From: Candidatus Lernaella stagnicola
GTDB lineage: Bacteria; Lernaellota; Lernaellaia; Lernaellales; Lernaellaceae
Direction of reading: 5' to 3'
DNA length: 64,000 nucleotides
NCBI GenBank assembly: GCA_030765525.1
Contig: JAVCCK010000034.1
Location: forward strand, 86,126-150,125
Below the pieces are notes generated by a model. It saw only the letters and a list, made by a program, of their open reading frames with translations. It searched no databases and was not told the DNA's origin. Shown piece by piece: positions 58,121 to 64,000 of this stretch. Made by a program: the position numbers and the translations under genes. Position 1 is the first letter of the stretch. Each line of letters opens with the position of its first letter.

Positions 58121-59878
58121 GTGCGAGTTGTGTTTCACTGGGTCGACGAACGATCCGGCCGTTCCCTGCGGCATCCGTTGACGTTCGCGTACATGGCGGC
58201 GTTTCTCGAGTACCTCGACTTCGATGCGCAGTGTTCCTACGAGCCGGACGTGGAAGGGCTGTTGGCCGTCAACCCCGATGTCGTCTGCATATTGTGCAAT
58301 TCGTTTCACTACGCCCGCGCCGTCGAGGCTGCGCGCGAGATCAAGCAACGTCGCCGCGCCAAGTTCGTGCTTTGCGGCCCGCACATATCCAACCGGCCCG
58401 AAAGCCTCGATCCGATTTTCGACGTCGGATTGGTCGGCGAACCGGAAGATTCCCTCCACCATGTGCTCAACGTGTTGAAATCAACCGGCGATCTGTCCCC
58501 CGAGGACCTGCGCGACGTGCCCGGTGTCGTTTTTCTCGAACACCGCACGCCGGTCGTCACCGATCCGCGCGAACTGATCGACCTGGAAATGGCGATGCCG
58601 GTGCCCCGCCGCGACATTCTGCCGCGCTCGCCGTTCCCCGCCGTCGTGGGCGGACGGGGGTCGCCTTTCGAGGACGGCATTCTGGGCGGCTACGTGAACT
58701 GGGGGCGCTACCGAGCCTTCACGAACGGTGTCATCGCGCACGAAATCGAGGAACTGGCTGCGGAAAAAAACGCCGCCATATTACTCGACGACCCTTGGCT
58801 CACCGCCGACGCGTTGCGGCTGGTCGATCTGGCCGACCTACTCGAAGACAAAGAGGTCCTTGGAACCGTCCAGTTTGAAGCGCACGCCCGCGCCGCCTGG
58901 GTTACCGATGAAGTGGGCGAGTTTTGGGTGCGCCTCAACGTCACGCGGGTCGTGCTGGATATGATCGGCGATCTTCGCGATCCTGACGATTTGTACGGTG
59001 CGCGCGTCGATCTGGAAACGCTCGAGAACGCCATCGAAGTGTGCGAGCGTTATGAAGCGGCGGTTCACCTGTTTGCCCATGTCGGCGCGCCCGGCGACGA
59101 CATCGAACGGATTCGCGACTTGTTTGCTTTTCTCACCGAGAAGATTGCCGGCGGCATCCTCGCCTCGGCCCGCGTGGGTTGGCTGCCGCCGCTGCCGGGA
59201 ACGCGCTTTTGGGACGCCGGTGTCGAATCGGGCGTGGTGCGCGAGCCCCAAACCGACTGGGTGGCGTTCGCCCGACTCGCCGACGAACCCAGCCTGGAAC
59301 CGAAACTCGCGCCGCACGTGCCGCGCATCAACCTATGGCGCAAGCACCTGCAGCGTCTCGAAAAAGCGTTCCGGCGTCCCTTGGCATTGTTCGTTCGAGA
59401 CGACGCGGACATGGATATTGAAGTCGACCCTATGGCGTTGCGCTCCATTGTTTTTGTCGTCGAAGAAGAGGGAGTCAGCGAGGTGCTCAGCGACGACGAA
59501 GTCAAAATGGTCCGCTTCTCGCTGGCGGCCTTGCGTCGCGACCTGGAAAAAAACGCTGCCGACGACGATACGGCGCTGGTGCTCTTCGCGCCCCGCCCCG
59601 AGGAAGTCACGATGGAGGACATCCGCGCTCTGCGCCTCGCGGCTTCGCTCGATGGCGTGAGCATCAGCCGGCCGTCTTCAAAACCCTTTCCGTTGCTACT
59701 GTCGGTGCGGGCCGCGCTCGAGTTCGATGTTGATACCTGGCGGGCCTGGCTGGCCGGTGATGAAGCCTCCGTGCCGCCCGCGGCGACGCCCGTGGAGTTC
59801 GCGCCTTATCTCCAGTTGCCCGCGGCCGATCTCGACCAACCCGTTCCGGTTTCGGAGAAGCCTCGCGAGGAGGAATGA
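58121..59878 (+). CDS. Degenerate B12-binding radical SAM-like protein lacking CxxxCxxC
   Basis: PLTFAYMAA, CGPHIS, VGEPE, VPG, P.P.R; RGSPFEDGIL at the RGCxxxCxxC position; PLPGTRFW. GTG start with GGAGGA SD. Confidence 0.78.
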   Translation: MRVVFHWVDERSGRSLRHPLTFAYMAAFLEYLDFDAQCSYEPDVEGLLAVNPDVVCILCNSFHYARAVEAAREIKQRRRAKFVLCGPHISNRPESLDPIFDVGLVGEPEDSLHHVLNVLKSTGDLSPEDLRDVPGVVFLEHRTPVVTDPRELIDLEMAMPVPRRDILPRSPFPAVVGGRGSPFEDGILGGYVNWGRYRAFTNGVIAHEIEELAAEKNAAILLDDPWLTADALRLVDLADLLEDKEVLGTVQFEAHARAAWVTDEVGEFWVRLNVTRVVLDMIGDLRDPDDLYGARVDLETLENAIEVCERYEAAVHLFAHVGAPGDDIERIRDLFAFLTEKIAGGILASARVGWLPPLPGTRFWDAGVESGVVREPQTDWVAFARLADEPSLEPKLAPHVPRINLWRKHLQRLEKAFRRPLALFVRDDADMDIEVDPMALRSIVFVVEEEGVSEVLSDDEVKMVRFSLAALRRDLEKNAADDDTALVLFAPRPEEVTMEDIRALRLAASLDGVSISRPSSKPFPLLLSVRAALEFDVDTWRAWLAGDEASVPPAATPVEFAPYLQLPAADLDQPVPVSEKPREEE

Positions 59879-61947
59879 GCCGACGTCGTAAAACCGTCTT
59901 AATTCTCTTGGCCGTTCTGGCGGCTTGGGGCTTTGTGTACGGTTTGACGCAGGACCTTGCCTTGGCGCCGTATCCACTCGCGGCCGGCGAAACGTTGGCG
60001 CTGGACACTGCGGGCGCAGCGCTGAAAATCATTCTACGGACAGCGAATCCCGAAGGCCTGCATCTGAAATGCCTCAGCAAGCAGGGCGAGGCGATCTACC
60101 GACCCGCGCGTTCGGATTATCCCCTTTTCGCGAACGATCAATACGTCACGCTGGAGGTTCTGCCCAGGGAAAGCGGGATTTTGTTTGCGCTCAACGGCGG
60201 GGCGCTGAGCAGGCGAGAGGAGCACGGCCGGCCTGAGCGATGTTATCTGACGGCCGGGCTGGCGGAGGTCGCCGTGCGCGACGTGGGGCGCGCCGCGGAT
60301 GTGCGGGACAAACGCGTGGCGATGTGGCTGCTTATGCTTGTCGTGGCGGCGGCGTGGTTTTGGATGGAGTCGCGCCTGGTCGGCCGTCTGCAAGTCGATC
60401 GCGGCCGGTGGCTGACGAGTCTCGTGCTGAGCGCGCTGGCGGTCGGGTGCTGGCTGTCCCTGGCGGGCGCATGCCTGTGGCTACCTACGCTGCATCCGTT
60501 GGCGTTGGCGCTGTTTGCGGCTTCGCGCGTCGCCTTTTGGCTGGTGGCGGGCGGGAGCTTTCGTGAACCGTCGGGCGGCACGCGGCGCTACGTACTTGGC
60601 GGCGTCGGCTTACTCGGTTTCGTATTGTGTTGCGGCGCTCTCATAGCATACGCGTCGCCACGAATTGGAATCGCGGCCTTACTGCTTACCGCGGCGTTGG
60701 GATTCGACGTGGCGTTCCAACTCGATTGGCGAAAGGGGCGGTGGCTTGCCGCGACGGCCCTGCTACTGGCTCCCTTCGCCGTCATCGCGGTGCTCTCTAC
60801 CCAGAAACCGCCGGTCGGCCCGTACGCCCTGTGGGGATTACTGCCCGCGGGCGTCGCGCTGCTCGCGGTTCCGTTGGCCGCCAACCGCGATCGGTTGGGT
60901 CATTACGGTTGGCTGCGTCTGGCTCACGCCGTTCTATTTCTATTCGTGCTCGACGGCGCGTTGCGTCTTTCCCCCGCGGCCAATTACGTAAAGCCCGCCG
61001 GTATCGGGGCGGATTACCAAACGCACGAGGACCTATTCTGGGTGCCCAAGCGGTTTTTCGGCTACGAACAAGATTCCGACGACCGCGGTGACTTTCGCGT
61101 GCCGCGGGTACGTTTCCGCGGCGATGAAGATGCGACGCGCCAAAAGCCGCAGGGCACGGCGCGTATCATCGTCACCGGCGGATCCAACGCCTGGGGCGAC
61201 GGCCAACCGACGCCGGAAACCGCTTTTTCCGCTTTGCTCGAACAAGATTTGCAGGCGAAAACCGGCCGGCAAGTTGAGGTCCTTAACGGCGGCGTCAGGG
61301 GATTTCTTGTTTTTCAAGTCATGGTGCTGACCACCGAATACCTGCTGCAGTACAACCCCGATATTTTGATCGTATACGCCGCCCGCAACGACGTCTTGGA
61401 GCACAAGGGGCTGCAAACGTATCGGGAATTGTGGCGCCGAAAACAGGCGGGCGAAACCTCCTCGGCGCCGACTATCCAGGGCGTCTTGCGTGGCAGCGCC
61501 CTTTACAATGGTCTTACGGCCCTCATTGTGCAGTGGCGCGATGGGGGATTGCGTTGGTACGAACCCGCACGATGGAAGCCCGTCAATCCGCCGGAAGATT
61601 TCGCCGCGAATCTGCGCGACATCATTCATGCGGCCAAGAGCCGCGGCTGCCGAGTGGTTCTAGCTTCGGAGTTCTTCGGCGAGCACTTCTTCTACGACAT
61701 CGAGATGCCCCGGTTGCGTGAACTCCAGCAGAACATGAAGCAGGTAGCCAAGACGGAGAAGGCGCCCTTTTTCGACGCGTGGACGCTTTTCCACGAGACC
61801 GGCAAGCCACGTTCCTATTTGATGGCGGACGACCCGGTTCACATCAACGCCGCCGGTCACGCCCTACTGGCCCGCCATTTGGCCGACTATTTGGTGAGCG
61901 ACCCGAGTACGTCTGGGGTCTTGCTGGCCGCCGAGCCGCTCAAGTAG
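59875..61947 (+). CDS. Multi-TM protein with C-terminal SGNH/GDSL hydrolase domain
   Basis: TGGSNAWG, NGGVRG, RND, DPVH blocks; ATGA-coupled to the upstream gene. Confidence 0.8.
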   Translation: MSRRRKTVLILLAVLAAWGFVYGLTQDLALAPYPLAAGETLALDTAGAALKIILRTANPEGLHLKCLSKQGEAIYRPARSDYPLFANDQYVTLEVLPRESGILFALNGGALSRREEHGRPERCYLTAGLAEVAVRDVGRAADVRDKRVAMWLLMLVVAAAWFWMESRLVGRLQVDRGRWLTSLVLSALAVGCWLSLAGACLWLPTLHPLALALFAASRVAFWLVAGGSFREPSGGTRRYVLGGVGLLGFVLCCGALIAYASPRIGIAALLLTAALGFDVAFQLDWRKGRWLAATALLLAPFAVIAVLSTQKPPVGPYALWGLLPAGVALLAVPLAANRDRLGHYGWLRLAHAVLFLFVLDGALRLSPAANYVKPAGIGADYQTHEDLFWVPKRFFGYEQDSDDRGDFRVPRVRFRGDEDATRQKPQGTARIIVTGGSNAWGDGQPTPETAFSALLEQDLQAKTGRQVEVLNGGVRGFLVFQVMVLTTEYLLQYNPDILIVYAARNDVLEHKGLQTYRELWRRKQAGETSSAPTIQGVLRGSALYNGLTALIVQWRDGGLRWYEPARWKPVNPPEDFAANLRDIIHAAKSRGCRVVLASEFFGEHFFYDIEMPRLRELQQNMKQVAKTEKAPFFDAWTLFHETGKPRSYLMADDPVHINAAGHALLARHLADYLVSDPSTSGVLLAAEPLK

Positions 61948-62001
61948 CAGCAAATTCAAACCGATAACAAGATAAGAGATGAAACAAAAGAAAGGTGCGT
62001 C

Positions 62002-62232
62002 ATGGCCTTAACGCAGGCAATCGGCTACGCGGTGCAGGGCATCAAGAGCGCCGAACACCAAGTCGAAAAAGCGGCTCAAAAAATCGCCGGCTTCAGCGGC
62101 CCGGACGCCGACGTCCATCTGCCGGAGGATATCGTCAGCATAAAACTGGCCAAGGCGGCGCACCAAGCCAACGTCTCGATGTTGCGCGCTGCGGCGGAAA
62201 TGGAAAAGGAAACGATCGACATCATCGTTTAG
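62002..62232 (+). CDS. Small flagellar basal-body rod C-terminal-domain-like protein
   Basis: A..G...A...V..AA..IA and V.L...IV....A..AHQAN..ML....EM....IDI patterns; SD GAAAGG. Confidence 0.7.
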   Translation: MALTQAIGYAVQGIKSAEHQVEKAAQKIAGFSGPDADVHLPEDIVSIKLAKAAHQANVSMLRAAAEMEKETIDIIV

Positions 62233-62265
62233 ACGAAGGTAGTTGCTCCACTTGCAGATGCAAAT

Positions 62266-62294
62266 AAGGCGGGCTGTTTTGCAGGGCCCGCCTT
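62266..62294. terminator. Hairpin between convergent genes
   Basis: AAGGCGGGC...GCCCGCCTT. Confidence 0.5.
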
Positions 62295-62310
62295 CCTTGT
62301 ATGCGCGTGA

Positions 62311-62979
62311 CTAATCTAGCGCCGGACAATATTCGTGCTGATCCGTGCGGATATCGCCATACGCGTACGTGATGAAATCCTGGGTCAGGTAAATGCAGCC
62401 GTCGTCGCATTCGTAGATGCCCACGCCGACAAACTTGAAATTCCGTGCCAGGATATTGGAGCGGTGGTTGGGCTCGCATTCCGGCTCGTCCATGAAATCG
62501 ATTTCGGCTTGCGTGATCACCTGGCTCAACGACATCCCACAAGCCATGTAAATGTTCTCGCCGGCCGCGACAAAACCGAGCCCCGCCGCCTCCATACGAT
62601 CAAAGGGACTTTCGCCGTCGGGGTTCGCGTGATCGAAAAAGCCGCGTTCACACATATCGCGCGAATGGGCTTCGGCCACTGCGGCCACTGGATCGTCGTA
62701 GAATAAGGGCTGGGCGCAGTCGGATTCTTCCGGATGGGCGTAGCGATCTTCATTGAGCAATCGCGCGTGGGTGCATTCAGCCTCGGGACCGTCACAATCC
62801 ATATCGACGCTGTAGTCGATATCGCACTCTTCGCTGAATAGGCTTCCGTCGCCGCCGCCGTCGTCGTCATCGTCGTCGGTGGAGCCGAACGAATTGGGTG
62901 CTTCGGTTTCGTCACTACCGCACGCCACGAAAAAGCCCATGGCCAAAATCGCAATCACGATCAAAACATACAATCTCAT
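62311..62979 (-). CDS. CAP/SCP-domain lipoprotein with Asp-rich linker
   Basis: Lipobox FVAC; DDDDDD; AHSRDM..GFFDH, GENI, HRSNIL, VGVG, LTQDF. Confidence 0.88.
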   Translation of the reverse strand: MRLYVLIVIAILAMGFFVACGSDETEAPNSFGSTDDDDDDGGGDGSLFSEECDIDYSVDMDCDGPEAECTHARLLNEDRYAHPEESDCAQPLFYDDPVAAVAEAHSRDMCERGFFDHANPDGESPFDRMEAAGLGFVAAGENIYMACGMSLSQVITQAEIDFMDEPECEPNHRSNILARNFKFVGVGIYECDDGCIYLTQDFITYAYGDIRTDQHEYCPALD

Positions 62980-63103
62980 TGGCGATCTTTTCCTTTCCAC
63001 GGTGTCTACGACCGCTGAGCTAAGTTTGCCCGGCTGATTCCCTGTTGTCAAAACAAAAATCTTTGACTTGACACTGCCGCGTTGGGCTTACACCATCGGC
63101 CCA

Positions 63104-64000
63104 ATGAAACAACGTCTTGTACACTATATTAGCGCGATTGCGACGCTGTTGAGCCTCATTTTGCTTCCGATTGGAACCTCGATTGCGTCCAAAACTCTGG
63201 ATCGGACGCCCGATCCGGTCGTCGTTCGCGGCGATTTGCTCGCGTCGGCACACCGAATCGAGATTCGCCGACTCGCGCTGTTAGGTTGTGACAGCGATCG
63301 CTGGCGTCCGGTTCCTTTCCAGATCGACGAGCGTTTGCACGACCGATACGTGCTGCAATCGGGGCCGGAAGCCGAGGCGGATATCGATTGGGGTCGATTC
63401 GACGCCGACGACGAAATCGCCTTCATGGTCGCCGATACCGGCCCGCGCTGCACCGGCCTACCGTTTCCAAAAGATGTTGAAAACATTCAAGAAATTGAAG
63501 TACAGGACCCCGTTGACGGGAGCAGGGCGTATGTATACCTGGCGGTGTATCCCGACACAGCCCCGCGGTCCGGGACCGACTATGTGACCTACAACGTCGA
63601 GAAAAATCTAATTGAAACAACGGATTACACCATCGGCTACCATGCCGAGGCGCCCATCAGCATTAGCCGACTGGCGGTGCCGCGCCGAGCTGGTGGGAGC
63701 GGACAGAGCGTCGCCGATCGCCAAAAGATCCGCGCTCGCGCCGTAACTGTATGGAATATATTGACAATATCCAAGAACGAGAACGATTTTCGTGCGGAAA
63801 TCCTTGCCTATACCGATGGCCCGGTGCGGGTCGTCAGGCGGACCCGAAACTGGGTGAGGTTGTTCGGACGGGTCCCGAGCCCCAGCGTGGAGCTAACCAG
63901 CGTTTACTGGAAGACCGGAATGCAATTTCCTTTGAAAATTCGGGTACCTTTCAGGGTCCCCCGGTTTTTCGAGGAGGCTGGTTTGCGGGTTTATGTCGAT
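63104..64000 (+). CDS. Secreted hypothetical protein (partial, runs off window end)
   Basis: Not in the ORF track; MKQRLVHYISAIATLLSLILL signal, then PVPFQIDER...DEIAFMVADTG...YVYL...DGPVRVVRR. Confidence 0.72.
   Translation, partial: MKQRLVHYISAIATLLSLILLPIGTSIASKTLDRTPDPVVVRGDLLASAHRIEIRRLALLGCDSDRWRPVPFQIDERLHDRYVLQSGPEAEADIDWGRFDADDEIAFMVADTGPRCTGLPFPKDVENIQEIEVQDPVDGSRAYVYLAVYPDTAPRSGTDYVTYNVEKNLIETTDYTIGYHAEAPISISRLAVPRRAGGSGQSVADRQKIRARAVTVWNILTISKNENDFRAEILAYTDGPVRVVRRTRNWVRLFGRVPSPSVELTSVYWKTGMQFPLKIRVPFRVPRFFEEAGLRVYVD

Overview
A GC-rich bacterial chromosome segment with a Gram-negative, deltaproteobacteria-like gene set; the lineage is inferred from gene content and order, not tested. 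It holds about 45 CDSs and one tRNA-Thr(CGT). I see no mobile element, prophage or CRISPR array. Housekeeping genes are aroQ, an Xaa-Pro peptidase, rimO, pspA, tatBC, PBP1B with an LpoP-like lipoprotein, glgP and ispDF. Around them lie many envelope, glycan and surface-lipoprotein genes. Highlights: (1) a ~1,988-aa protein with four radical SAM domains (three B12-binding modules plus a SPASM-type module), converging on a wza-wzc-GT-radical SAM-GT locus, with two more B12-radical SAMs and a Cys-less pseudo-radical SAM elsewhere in the window; (2) a candidate ~230-nt sigma54-dependent sRNA with promoter, stem-loops and terminator; (3) a 2,673-aa SgmX-like protein built from ~30 copies of a 54-aa helical repeat, coupled to an ExeA ATPase; (4) a possible C-terminal poly-Asp-GGCGC sorting tag and a paralogous Cys-rich lipoprotein domain; (5) five genes with apparent leaderless promoter geometry. 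All calls come from reading the sequence by eye; no searches were run.
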